Positions 1-12,848 of a stretch of DNA of 55,753 bases are shown piece after piece. Position 1 is the stretch's first letter, and every line of letters begins with the position of its first letter. The notes below the pieces were generated by a model. It was not told where the DNA came from. It worked only from the letters and a program-made list of their open reading frames with translations, and searched no databases. The position numbers were made by a program, and so were the translations under genes. Origin of the DNA: Octopus bimaculoides (lineage: Eukaryota); the NCBI RefSeq assembly GCF_001194135.2, contig NC_068981.1, positions 51,704,525 through 51,760,277 of the forward strand. The letters are read 5' to 3'.

Positions 1-51
<51 letters not shown>

Positions 52-995
52 AATGTTTCCAGGGTAAATTATTAATTTGATAATTCCGGTATTCCGGAAG
101 ATACGGCTCTTTGGCCATACATACAAATGCGTATATATCTGCAAAGAGGTAGAAGAGGTAGTTACTGGAACAAGATACTCTTTTCTTCTTTACTGTTGTA
201 TAATAGTTTTTTGACATCTGTATTTAACTGTAATATTCACTCTTCACGACTATGAAAGATTTTTCTATAAAATTCATATGTTCGCATACTTATGTATCTG
301 CTTGTTTTGGGGATGGGGGCGAATTCCAAGTAAATTGTAAGCCTAAAATGATAAGCACTTATTCAAAATTTGCCACCGAATTCTAGGCCTTAGAATTTCT
401 GCACCTGCAGACTCAAACGTCTTAGATTGAATAGAAAGAAAACCATTCGACTAATTTGCAAAAGTTGAATAATAAGAAGGTTTCAATAATTAGGTTATTT
501 GATCTTTCTTCTAACTGTCTCTGCTTCTGCAGCTACTATGATGTCTCTTTATACATTTGTGGATATCAACATTCTCAGAATTTTTTCTCCGAGCACTAAG
601 CGGAACTTTTGATGCTTTGAGCAAAAATATTTCAAATTCAAAGCTACAGCCTGGCATTCAGACTTTCATGCTGCTTACCAAGCACACGTTTTCAATTAAA
701 AAGTACTTTTGTGCTGAGTATTTCATGAAAGTTTATAATAAACTGCAAACATCAGTCTACATTCTTATCAACATTCGTTTTGTTGATAATGAAAGAACAC
801 TTTTTAATCGTTTTAGGTGTGAAACACGATATCTAAGATAAAACCAGTTCCAGTGTTGATTAGCCCAATTTTTACACACTCATACACGCGCACGCACACA
901 TACACACGACACACGCACACACACATATATGTATATTTATATACACACACATATGTACGAATGTATGTATAGACATACACACATACATATATTCA

Positions 996-1268
996 GCGGC
1001 GAGCTGGCAGAAGCGTTAGCACGCCGGTCTAAATGCTTAGCTGTATTTCGTCTGCCGCTACGTTCTGAGTTCAAATTCCGCCGAGGTCCACTTTGCCTTT
1101 CATCCTTTCGGGGTCGNNNNNNNNNNGGTCCACTTTGCCTTTCATCCTTTCGGGGTCGATTAAATAAGTACCAGTTACGCACTGGGGTCGATATAATCGA
1201 CTTAATCCGTTTGTCTGTACTTGTTTCTCCCCTCTGTGTGTAGCCCCCTTGTGGGTAGTAAAGAAATA
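996..1268 (+). mobile_element. tRNA-derived SINE (octopus-type), apparently full length, with 17-bp TSD
   Basis: A-box-like TGGCAGAAGCGTTAG and B-box-like GAGTTCAAATTCC. ACACATACATATATTCA is duplicated exactly at 979-995 and 1269-1285. The same body (GGGGTCGA...AAGTACCAGT...GGGGTCGAT) recurs at about 37530, 37720 and 55160. Confidence 0.88.
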
Positions 1269-1439
1269 ACACATACATATATTCATATGTATAGACATGC
1301 ACACATACGTATGTATGTATAGACACTCACACATGTGTGTATGTATATATATGTATGTATGTATATATATGTATGTATAGACACACACATGTATGTATGT
1401 ATATGTAGACAGACAGACAGGTAGGTAAATAGATTGGTT

Positions 1440-1471
<32 letters not shown>

Positions 1472-1884
1472 CATTAAGGATCATAGTTGGGTGTTACGTG
1501 TAGCAGCACAAGCAACCCTATAAAGGCTGTGGTATAATATGTTTTGTGCATAGTATTTTATGACTGAAGGTGGTCAATTCATACCCACTCAGACTTTCTT
1601 TAAACACTGTATCTTAGATTACATTATGCGATGAGTTTTAAGACGGTTGCGTATGACTTGAGAAATACTTAGCTTCTATTTTTAGTCAGTCGTTTGATCA
1701 CGAGAGGGGTATCTTCGTATAATTAACAGAATATCCATCAACTATTACAGGCGCTTGTATTGTATTGATTCATTCTTGATAAAAGTTAATACAGTACCCA
1801 GTAGGATTAATAACAACATAAGGCACGAAGCAAAATACTTTTATGTTATCAAATCCAGTGCTGTAGCATTGCTGTTGTTACTCA

Positions 1885-2045
1885 TATAAATTGGTATCTT
1901 TAGACTAGGTAGAGGGCAACATTTCATGGGAAATATAGTAGATTGAATGAATCCCAGAATACCACTAGAAAATCTTCTATCGATTCTAGAACGATGGGAG
2001 GCAAATTCACGTCTGCAACATTTGAACTCATGGCATAAAGTATGT
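1885..2045 (-). mobile_element. old, degenerate copy of the same SINE family (from the B-box to the 3' end)
   Basis: The reverse complement reads ATGAGTTCAAATGTTGCAGACGTGAATTTGCCTCCCATC..., collinear with the 996-1268 SINE body but heavily diverged. Confidence 0.5.
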
Positions 2046-3767
2046 GTGATATATTTATCTAGACCGCCTACTGTTTCCTCCTCTCATTCATTGTAACAAG
2101 TGTTATATATTAACAAGTGCATTGATTGAAATTGGTTTCAGCTATATATAAAGCTATCGTTCTGTTAATGTTATTAATGCCATTATTCCCCACTATCATT
2201 ATATACTGGAAATTTTATTCTTAAACATGTGTATTCTAGCGGCTCGTTCGTACTAATCTCTAGGTAAGGGTTAAAGAAATCTAATTTCATGGTTAATGAT
2301 TCTTCCAATTTTAAGGTGGAAGGCAATCGATAAACACAGAGGTAATCTATTCTCACAAGTAATGTGGGCTAGTCGCTCTATAATTATTTCCAACTCATGA
2401 TTATCTTTGGCATTCATGTTTTTATAAGAATATCAACACCATTGTAGAATTTACCATGAGAGAATTTACCGACCTGGAAAATAGATAGTGAAGCCACTGA
2501 AATGGAGCCGCTACAGAAACGGATGTGATCCGGTTTGATATGAGTAACTCTATTTCTACTGTGATTATAAATTATAGATAATGAGTAACTCTATGTTATT
2601 AGGATTCAGAAATTATATAAGTAGTTAAATAATTAACTTCTTGTTTGTCATGAAATAGTCTCAGAAAAGAAGCGTATTCATTAAATGGTAGTTGACATCA
2701 ATGTATTATGATGTGAAGGTGACGTATACACTTTTACATTAGCAATTAACCGATACCCAAAATTAGTTCCAGAGAATTCTATTCCAAGAATATGGTCTAT
2801 GACAGATTCTTCTTTGAAGTTGTATAATGTATAGCTTTTTCATTGAGTTTTCCTAATCTATAGGCTTCTATCGAGACACAGGCTCATTGGAAACATAAAT
2901 GAGCAATTCTAGCCAATGAGTATTACAAGGTGAGTATTACTAATTACTATCACCACGTAAATTGTTGTGATGTATCACATAGTGTCCGTTTACAATAATT
3001 GTGACAGATGCAATGATACTTATCTTAGATATTCTAACGAGTAACTCTCACCTTGACACAGGAGATTTTAGTAATTCAGTAACTAAAAATGTATATCTTT
3101 TTTTGTGGCACTAGTAAGTGCTAATTGCATTAGCATTATTAACGATTACAGCAGGTTGGTGGTAGTGAGAAAGAAACGAACTTGCATAGAGAAAAATAGG
3201 AAGTCTTTAAATAATACAGATGCTAATCAAGAATAAAAATTGGATATTTTGGAAAAAACAATGAATGCAATAACTTTCCATTTTTCAATTCTTAATATTA
3301 TCGGGTCTTATGATTAGAAACAAGACAGGAAACCAACAAAGAATACTAGTCCGGAATTATAAAATAGCCCTTAACAATTAAATTTGTATTCCTAAATGTA
3401 AGCATTTTTCATCACATTGTTATGAAGTTATAATCACCATACATCAACATTTACCTATCCACTGTTAAATGAAAGGTTATAAAAGAGTTTAGTATTTTAA
3501 AATATTACGCAAATATTATATTGAACTAAAACGTTTTTTCATGTACATTGAGTAGGTATTTAGACATTATTTTAAATGAAAACATATTCGTCCACCATCA
3601 TCTGCTAATTCTTCGGGAATTCATAAATCCTGCAATTAAAAAATTGCATTCCTAATGTTAAACATAGTTTAATCCTTAACGTTTCAAAACAATATTGTTT
3701 CTATAGATGACGTTTAACGACATTCAAAGGGTGTTTGGAAGGCAAGAGTAGCGATATTGTCAAACAT

Positions 3768-3877
<110 letters not shown>

Positions 3878-4236
3878 CAATAATGAAAAATTATTGGAGC
3901 TTGGTTGGGAAGTGATGTCACATCCATCATACAGACCTGACCATCAGATCAGCGCTGACGTTGCACCATCAGATTACCATTTATTTCGAAGTTTGCAAAA
4001 TTCTTTGGTAAAACTTTCAATAATTATGATTACCTGAAATTGCACTTGATTCAGTTTTTGGCTGATAAGGACCAGAAGTCCCATGAGCGCTGAATCATGA
4101 AGTTGCCATAAAGATGCCAAATGGTCATCGAACAAAATGGGAAATATATAATTGATTAAAGTTCATTTATTGTATGAAATAAATTGACGTTTATTTCACA
4201 CTAATAAAACGAAATTAGTTTCTTGCCAACCCAATA
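3878..4236 (+). mobile_element. mariner transposon, 3' relic (transposase C-terminus + right TIR + TA)
   Basis: Translates [34 protein letters not shown], matching mariner HPPYSPDLAPSDYHLF. After a frameshift it reads ...VIEQNGKYIID*. It ends TTAGTTTCTTGCCAACCCAA|TA at 4234-4236. Stops and frameshifts are present. Confidence 0.9.
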
Positions 4237-4240
4237 TTTG

Positions 4241-4454
4241 TGTATTAAGGGTAACATTGGTTTCATGTTAAGAAAAAAACATCTTAATATCTTAACATTC
4301 TTTCAAGCAGATCACATGGCGGAGTGGTGTTCGTCCTCTATTTGGTTGTATACACCCAAAATGGAGTGGAACGCCATTCTTCCATGCGATCGGCTGGAAA
4401 AATTAAGATATTAAGTATTTTTCTTAATATGAGACCAATGATATCTTTAATACA
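4241..4454. mobile_element. foldback / palindromic MITE-like element
   Basis: Arms of about 100-106 nt (4241-4346 and 4355-4454) are reverse-complementary around a central TGTATACA palindrome. Confidence 0.7.
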
Positions 4455-4516
4455 TTAATAAGGAATTATATCCACCAATGCTGTTTTGGGCACTTACTCT
4501 CGTGGTTCGACATAAT

Positions 4517-4518
<2 letters not shown>

Positions 4519-4579
<61 letters not shown>
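4519..4579. repeat. (TA)n microsatellite
   Basis: Direct reading. Many similar (TA)n tracts border the assembly gaps. Confidence 0.98.
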
Positions 4580-4583
<4 letters not shown>

Positions 4584-4950
4584 GTATGTGTCTTTCTTTG
4601 AATTTTATTTAAGTCCTTCTTGAGAGAGCTCAAGCCGGTCGGTCACTAACAAAGCAACAAGACTTTTTAGTTAAGAGAGTTCACGGTGTTTGTAAATATG
4701 AGGTTGAGTTGGTGTTTTGGTTTAATTGTTAATACATACACCCAAGTGGATGCATCTATTCAGATAAAAACTCAAATAGAGAATTTTTGGAATGTCTTGC
4801 AAATCTTCACTGTGCCACTAATATATTCGATTGGGATGTTCCGCGTCAGTTTCTTTTGCTCTTTCTCTGTGAAACCGATTATTTCTAGGTTTTTGGGCAA
4901 ATTTGTTATATGTATACATGCATGTATTTATGTATATATGTATATGTTGT

Positions 4951-5009
4951 ATGGATGGATGGATGGATGGATGGATGGATGGATGGATGGATGGATGGAT
5001 GGATGGATG
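4951..5009. repeat. (ATGG)n microsatellite
   Basis: Direct reading. It explains the DGWM/HPSI ORFs. Confidence 0.98.
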
Positions 5010-5161
5010 TGACCGGTACATATATCGGAAGACTCTCTGAATCTCTTACGATTGATAATCTGCTTCCTTGCGATTCAGTGAAGAAAGCTCCAAAAGAACT
5101 GGACAAGACTAAATAATGAGGTCGATCGGATCAACGTGAAATCATTGAAGGCAATGCTTCG

Positions 5162-5172
5162 GTGTGTGTGTG

Positions 5173-5236
<64 letters not shown>
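5162..5236. repeat. (GT)n microsatellite
   Basis: Direct reading. Confidence 0.97.
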
Positions 5237-5242
<6 letters not shown>

Positions 5243-6379
5243 ATCAACGGAATCAGAGCAGTAAAGTTCTATCATGTGTTAACAGTGTTTCATATATCTG
5301 TAAACAATATTGTCATTTCCATTCTTTATATCCGTCGCTGTGAAGTTGTTTACTTAAATGTATGTAAATAATAATATTCTAGTACAACAAGACAATTTAT
5401 TAATTTCCGACTTTGAAATGTGATGCAATACATTTACTGAAATAATGAATTTCTCCTTCCTTTAAACAATCCGCGTAACAGCTAAAACATTGGAAATTAC
5501 TTCTATCATACTTGCTTACAAGATGACCAATATAACAATCTTGCAAAATTTTATTTCTCTGTAAGTTACATTAATATATGAGCGGCTTTTGAACGGATTG
5601 TGTTCGACCACAAAGGGAATAATGTATTTTATTAATATTCGTTCGGGCATTGGAACGATGGCGTGGACGAAACGTCTAAAGATGTTACTGAATTTAGTTC
5701 CAATACATTTGGAGTTCAAACAATTTAACCTTTTACCATTCATTCATTTATTGAAAACATACTTGCTCTGTACTGACTTCTATTTTAAATCGTCTATAGC
5801 CTCCATAATGCGTGTCTTTGTGTCAGTCTTAGAAAATATCTCATAGGAATGAGTAGGCAACATTGACTGGTCAAAAAATAGCTACGCGTAGAAAATAATT
5901 TTAATTTATTGTAGGCAGTGAATAAACAGTGGAATTTAAGTTTGAACATTTTGATATAAACACGTTTTCCTTTACATAGTTAGTTCGAACTCATGGAAAG
6001 AAGTTCCCTTTCAAATATCATCATTGTTTTGTACTTTGTAATAAACCAACAATCTTTTCCGCTTACTAGAATTGATTTTCATTTCCTGTTTCCTCATGCA
6101 TTTAATGACTGTCAGTCTATCTGTATCTCTTTCTCTCTATATACACCTCTAACGCTCTCTGTGAATACATATATATATATGATGTATGATGATGATATAA
6201 ATGTACCGAAGCATAATATTATCTATGATTTTTCTGTACAAATCATAGTTTTTCCATTTATTTTCACATATAAATTTACGCTATTGAAAGGGGAGGTCAC
6301 CGTGACATTCACAGACACCCCGATATAGCTGAGAATATTACTTTGGTGTGAAAGGAATTCCAAGGAGATGCCCTAAGAA

Positions 6380-6900
6380 GGAGAACGAAAAAAGTTGTGG
6401 GTAAAGAGGAATGGATCGTGGTGTCATGCACAAAGGAGTGAACATTGTTAGAAGTTGCAATAACTAGCTCGTTAATATACAGAAAGAAGATTCTAGCGGC
6501 AAGACGGAAAGTTGGTGTTATTTGATTTAATATTGTATGAATAAAAGTAATAACCACCCGTGTGCTATGAAACCATACAATATGACAGGAAGCATACAAT
6601 CGAAGGAATGAAAGAAGGAGAAATCAAATAGTTGAGTAGTTTATCTCAGTGATTTTCATGGTACACTCTCAAATCCTTTTTTAATGCTATGTGCAGCTGC
6701 ATTGATTCTTCACAAAATACATAGTAAAGAAGATCTCTAAGAAAACTATGTTAATTGTCAGTGAGGAGGTAAAAAGGCACAAGTTGTTGGGCAAGATTGA
6801 ATATTTTCGTAAAGATTTGAGATATAGGAAATGAGGTAGATAAGTGAACGTGGTTAGTGGCAGGCCAGGGAAGTTTGAAATGGGGAACAGCACATCAATC
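6380..6900 (-). mobile_element. CR1/Jockey-type LINE reverse-transcriptase relic
   Basis: PISQIFTKIF..LLTDN*HSFLRDLL..ALKKDLRVYH is similar to SKxFE..LSDxQYGFR..DISKAFDRVWH. IFFLYINELVIATSNNVHSFVHDTTIHSS is similar to LFLLFINDLL..IHSYADDxTLHSS. The frames are broken. Confidence 0.72.
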
Positions 6901-7894
6901 ATAGGGAATGTTTCATAAAAAAGATTGAATGTTGTATTTGATTAAAATCTATTCTGATATATTTAAGAAGGGCGCATGTTTCGAAAGATCGAAGTAGCCA
7001 CCTATACTTTGAGAAAGACTGAAGAGTTTTCCGAGATAAATGTGACAACACTTAAGTGCGACGTTTGAGGATAACATTGGCAGAAGATAACATTGACGGT
7101 ACATTGGCAGATCTGCCGTTCGTGTTTATTTTCAGCGAGCGGGTGCGCTTTTATATTTAGAGTGTATCATCACATGTTAATGGCAACCGTGGAGTTAAGA
7201 AGCAACATTTTGGAGACTTGTCAAGTTTACTTTCTGTGGGCTTGAACTCAGAAGGAAAAAGATATGTGAAGTGTTCCTCTGCAGCCATGCTATTTATTTG
7301 TTGTTCTTGGCTGGAAAGACTGGCACGGAGTTTTCTGCAAAGTTAGTGAAAAAGAGACCAGAAATAACTATTGTAATTTGGGAAATGGATAATGTTTCTC
7401 TCAACGAAATACAAACCGCTTCTTTTTGAATGATGACTTTTAACGAAATATTAAGTGTGTAAGCGCGTGTTCAAATCCGTATTCTTTAATGGTACTGCTG
7501 CAGCAAGAGTTACTAGTGAAATACTAAAATACTATCTTAGGATGATGGAATTTGTTTGCACTAGGCATATTTAGCCTGAAACTGACATCGCTCCGATTGG
7601 TTAGCTGCCTTGAAGTGCATCACTTTAAATTGGCAGCGGTCGGATGATGCAATTTTTCAATGAGACATTCGTTCCCTTTGTAGTGAGTATTTGCTAATCA
7701 TAGAATTTTATTAGTGTTTATGCGGATGTTGCTGAGTGTCTTGTTTCTGTTATTTCCTTTCTACAATTGTTAATTACTTGCGTTACATGAGGAAACATGT
7801 AAATATTTTGCTATGCTTTTCAGCTCTTATCACTCTATCTACAGACAGCAACCGGGTGAATGTATTCAGTGATATTAGTTACCCTTAATGTTAC

Positions 7895-7941
<47 letters not shown>

Positions 7942-7961
7942 CAGCAGCAGCAGCAGTAGTA
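7895..7961. repeat. (GTA)n/(GCA)n compound microsatellite
   Basis: Direct reading. Confidence 0.97.
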
Positions 7962-8299
7962 CTTGAATTTTTGGAGCCAATTTCTTCATCATGTTAAGAA
8001 AAAAACCTTTATAAATATATCGAGATAGATTTTAGCCAAAATATATATGCTCATTCTTTTTCAAGAGACTTTTTCTAAGATTGCTTTACCGCTCACCATT
8101 TCAAATTAGAAGGCAGGTTGACAACGACGTGTGTGGGGGGTGGGGTGCGTGTTAATGTGCGTCTGTTTCTATGTCTGTGTGTGTGGTGTTTGTGTATGTG
8201 GGAGGACTGCAGAATAATCCAAATAAGGCACTGTTTTCTAACATAAACATGCAGAAATAAAAAGATAAATTCTTCAAAGGGAGGAGAGAAGATGAAGAG

Positions 8300-8798
8300 G
8301 GAAGGAGCATTGAGCCCATGTGGCGCAAAGGAGAGAAAAGAGAAGATTAATCCCTGATCCCGGCGCAAACGGGAGTCCGGTTGGCCCCTATGCAAGGACA
8401 ATCTGAACACGGACAGATGTTGCAAAGAGTGACCGGTAGAGCGGAAATGGCATGACACCGGGGTGTCATTGCCAAGGCGGATGTCTCGGAGGTGTTCCAC
8501 GAACCGGTCAGCCAAGCGGCGTTCCGTTTGTCCGATGTACAGAGAATGGCAGAGAGAGCAGGAAATGCAATAGATGATATTGGTAGAAGTGCAGGTGAAG
8601 GAGTCGGTGATGCGATAGGGTCGATGATGGGTCCCGGTGAGGAGGGTGGTGTTGGAGAGGTAAGGGCAAGTGCGGCAACGTGGGCGGGAGCATGGGAATG
8701 AGCCAGGTTGGGAGATTGACTTGGGGAAGAAGCTGTGGACCAAGAGGTCTCGTAGGTTGTGGGCTCGTTTGAAGGACGGGAGGGGTCGGTTAGGGACA
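8300..8798 (-). mobile_element. Penelope-like element, GIY-YIG endonuclease C-terminal fragment (open frame)
   Basis: SFKRAHNLRDLLVHS..CSRPRCRTCP..FTCTSTNIIYCISCSLCHSLYIGQTERRLADRFVEH..HFRSTGH..PHGLN. This shows the PLE CxxxRCxxC linker, the IY..YIG motif and the terminal PxGLN motif. Confidence 0.93.
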
Positions 8799-8826
8799 TA
8801 CATGCATATATATATATATATATATA

Positions 8827-8952
8827 GTTGAAACTTACAGAAAAAACAAAAGACGAAGACAGATGTATAAACAACAAGCAGATGTATTAGCTTAACATCG
8901 GGAAGGTGAGAAAGTCTTTTACGTTTCGAGCCTACGCTCTTCAGCAGAAGGG
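8827..8952 (-). mobile_element. Penelope pseudo-LTR segment with hammerhead-like core
   Basis: The minus strand reads CTGAAGA-GCGTAGGCTC-GAAAC-GTA (8944 to 8920). It lies immediately 5' of the GIY-YIG fragment across a (TA)n tract and is cut by the gap at 8953. Confidence 0.6.
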
Positions 8953-9612
8953 NNNNNNNNNNNNNNNNNNNNNNNNNNNNNNNNNNNNNNNNNNNNNNNN
9001 NNNNNNNNNNNNNNNNNNNNNNNNNNNNNNNNNNNNNNNNNNNNNNNNNNNNNNNNNNNNNNNNNNNNNNNNNNNNNNNNNNNNNNNNNNNNNNNNNNNN
9101 NNNNNNNNNNNNNNNNNNNNNNNNNNNNNNNNNNNNNNNNNNNNNNNNNNNNNNNNNNNNNNNNNNNNNNNNNNNNNNNNNNNNNNNNNNNNNNNNNNNN
9201 NNNNNNNNNNNNNNNNNNNNNNNNNNNNNNNNNNNNNNNNNNNNNNNNNNNNNNNNNNNNNNNNNNNNNNNNNNNNNNNNNNNNNNNNNNNNNNNNNNNN
9301 NNNNNNNNNNNNNNNNNNNNNNNNNNNNNNNNNNNNNNNNNNNNNNNNNNNNNNNNNNNNNNNNNNNNNNNNNNNNNNNNNNNNNNNNNNNNNNNNNNNN
9401 NNNNNNNNNNNNNNNNNNNNNNNNNNNNNNNNNNNNNNNNNNNNNNNNNNNNNNNNNNNNNNNNNNNNNNNNNNNNNNNNNNNNNNNNNNNNNNNNNNNN
9501 NNNNNNNNNNNNNNNNNNNNNNNNNNNNNNNNNNNNNNNNNNNNNNNNNNNNNNNNNNNNNNNNNNNNNNNNNNNNNNNNNNNNNNNNNNNNNNNNNNNN
9601 NNNNNNNNNNNN

Positions 9613-9648
<36 letters not shown>

Positions 9649-10059
9649 CATGTGGGAACTGGTTCTCAAAATACATATACAGCCATAAATAATGCATGTA
9701 AAATTAGATTTGAAGACCCCTACTAGGAAAATAAAGTCAAAGACTGACCGTTGGAAACTTCACATGCAGACATGACAGGTGACTTTTCTATTCAAAAGGG
9801 TTTTTCAACCTAATATTTGCTTTCTATTATTCATAGCTTTATAGATTCTTCGAGAACCAATTCCAGAAAAAAAGAGTTATTCCACGTTCTCTTGAAAGCT
9901 CCTTACAATGCGAAAAAGGAAAGTCAAGTAACCTTTATATATTTCAAACACAAAGGCCAAGCAGAATTAATAGCAATGATTAAGTACCACGTATATTTTC
10001 TCTTCCTTTTTTTTTTATTTTTACTTTTGGTTGATTAGCACTTCTTTCTTTATTTTCAG

Positions 10060-10080
10060 AACTTCAGATCGCTTTGGAAG
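10060..10080 (+). CDS. candidate 21-nt frame-preserving microexon of an unidentified host gene
   Basis: A T/C-rich tract of about 60 nt ends in TTTTCAG|, followed by AACTTCAGATCGCTTTGGAAG and then |GTAATG. All three frames are open. No homology is recognised. Confidence 0.28.
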
Positions 10081-10880
10081 GTAATGAGCTCTGAACCGCC
10101 TTCCAACTAAGCCATAAAAACATATAAATACGCTGCTGCTCTGTATTTGTAGGATATCTTGTGTGATCGTTTGTTTGTTTGCTGGTCTAAATGTTTAACG
10201 TCACATGTGCTAGAGAGTATTGTAAATTTTGTGGTAGCATAAAAGTGAGAATTGCTTGTATTTGTTGTGAAAACGAAGAAGTACAGTTATTTGCGTATTC
10301 AATATCGAATACTTAAAAGTTAGGTTATTGTGAACTTGCACACAATTGTGGTTTTGGTAAAATAGTTTCATGTTGTTTATATGTGGCACTTTTACTGTCA
10401 TTATCGATTCTATCACATATTGTGGTGCGGTTTCCTTTCAGATCATTATATATCTTTGTGTATTTTTTCCAACTTTCTTCCTTCTTTCTATCGCTTTTTC
10501 AGTTTCTGTATTCGTGTGTATGCGTGTTATGTAAACAGAAATATCCCTATTCGTAAACCACTACAATTACTTGTCTTCTAACATTTTGATAATATTCTTT
10601 TGATTTGGAGCAAACACATTTCTAAGTAGCAGGTAGAGACGATGAAATGACACCAGTGTATTGCCTGTTTTATTTTATCCATCACACAAGTAAAAATGGA
10701 AACGTATTTATGGTGAGGATTTTCACTTCGCATCCAATGAGACGACAGAAAATATAGCTGAGATATCTATATTACACTGCCACGCCAATTATTTTAGCAC
10801 TCGTAGCATTTGTTTCGTTGAGCCCAGATACAATCGCTTCCACAGCATATACAACTGAAAATGATTTAATATATCTATAT

Positions 10881-11884
10881 TACCAGGGGCCACTACAAAT
10901 TGCATTGGCAGACCAAGATACTCTCATGGAATATGACCAAATAAGGACCTGGCTCTTCATACACTTCCGCATTCAGTGTTGCTGTACTTGGATCCCATTG
11001 GTGCAGAAGCTTTCATCTTCTCGGTCAAAAAAGTCATCAACAACTGACATGACGTCACATCACTGTGATACTGTTTCCCAGTGAAGTATTTTTTCATGTT
11101 GAGGAACAGATTGTAATCAGATAGGGCCAAATCAGAATAATAGGGCGGCTGATCAACCAGTTCAAAAACATAGTCACGCACAGCAGTCGTTGGTCTTTTT
11201 AGCCTTTCGTAGCCTCAACAAGTTGTCATAGTTATCACCATTAATGGTAAGGCTTTTTGAAAGAAAGTCAATAAGCACCATGCCATTTGCACCTTAAATC
11301 ACTGAGGCCATAACTTTCCTTTCAGATGAAATGAATGAAATGATGTTGGCCTTCTTTGGAGCATTTGCTCAAAGTGATGAGGCCAATACTCATCCAAGGT
11401 TAGGAAACTTCAAGGAAACCAGATGTATCTACCTCAGACAATGTCATATTTTCTCGTGATGTGATCATCCTGGTGCGCTTTTGATCACGTGTCAGAAGAC
11501 GGAACACCCACCTAGCAGAAACTCACGTCAACCCAGGTTCATTGTGAAAGAATATTAACTTTTTTATGGGATATTCTAGCAGCATTGGTTTATAATCAGT
11601 CGCCTGTCATCCATCAATATGTGGTGAACGTGATCAATGTTTATCTTGGTGGTGGCAGGACATCCAGACATTGAATCATGTTCCTAAATTCAGCCGCCCA
11701 CTTTTGCACTGTTGAAGTCGTTATTAGTTCCTTTTGATGTCTTTAAAGAGCCATATATCAGATAATCTGGAAAAAGACGATGCTCTTATTAATAAGAAGA
11801 GTTGTAATTAAAGCATGCAAAACTTCACATCTTTAGCATCAATCTTTCATTGTCAGCCGTTGGACTTTTCAGCCACCATCGTTG
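10881..11884 (-). mobile_element. mariner transposon, internally deleted and degenerate (~1 kb)
   Basis: FELVDQPPYYSDLALSDYNLFLNMKKYFTGKQY matches mariner HPPYSPDLAPSDYHLFPNMKK. There is a TIR-like ACGATGGTGGCTGAAAAGTCCAAC at the right end and a degenerate counterpart next to TA at 10881. Confidence 0.85.
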
Positions 11885-12817
11885 AATTTTACTCAGAGAT
11901 ACTAATCTGTTAGAGGTAGTGGTTAAATACCCTCTCTTTAAATAACACACTATCATCTTAAGAAAGTGAATTGCCCATTAGATAATACTGTATGATATAA
12001 AATATGGAAAATGTAGTGAAAAACATTTAGTATATGTGTTATTTTAACATAGAAGGTGACGAAATTATATATTGTAATGCCCATGAACAACGCTGACACC
12101 ATTTAAAACACACGCAAACATAAACATGTAGATAAATGTGTATGAATGTTTCCTTTTCTTTAGTCTTCCTTGGTAGCAAGGTTGTGAAGAAAACGTTTGT
12201 CATCATTCTTTAGATTTTAAGAACGTGTTGCAGATTTTAATTAGCCCAGATATCGTGATAATTTGTAGCGTATTAATTAAGAAGTTACATTTTCTCTACA
12301 AGGACTCAATGTCATCTATAATTTGCTCCAGGGGGATTGATACATATTCTACTACTCCATTAATATTAATCATGATGTTGAAAGTGCATCTTGGGTACTA
12401 GATGTGCAACTTTCTTATCAATGGTTTAACAATGTTCCCTTTGTATTTTTCTGATCACGTGTCCAGAAGGCAGCTGAATACCACAGCAGAGTATATTTTT
12501 TCTTGAGATCCCACACAATATCTAGCCGGTTGTTTGAAATTGTTAAATTCCAGCAATATGTTTTTAATACAATCGGCCGCAATACAGTCAGTTTGTATGT
12601 ATATATGTACGTCATTATTCACTTTTACTTCAAGATTTCATCACAATAGAGAGAAAGCCGGTTTCTAACCTAGATTCAATGTTTCTTCATACTTCATTGG
12701 AATTTCAACAACCTCAACAGGATATTTGTGCATATATGTGTGTATATGTGCCGTATTTGGAGCCAGTGCATGGACAGATTTGTATGTCTTGTCTTATGTG
12801 TGTACGTACGCACGTAC

Positions 12818-12848
<31 letters not shown>

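Noticed and set aside
557-841. 94-codon open frame
   Set aside because: Non-ATG start, no recognisable motif and no convincing splice pair.
996-1090. tRNA gene (also 18180-18259)
   Set aside because: A/B boxes run on into SINE bodies that recur in the window, one with a TSD. No complete cloverleaf.
2864-2929. Exon with good AG / AAG|GTGAGT signals
   Set aside because: Stops in all three frames and no other support. At most a UTR exon.
4600-4900. Possible Penelope thumb-region relic ([19 protein letters not shown])
   Set aside because: Too short and degenerate to call.
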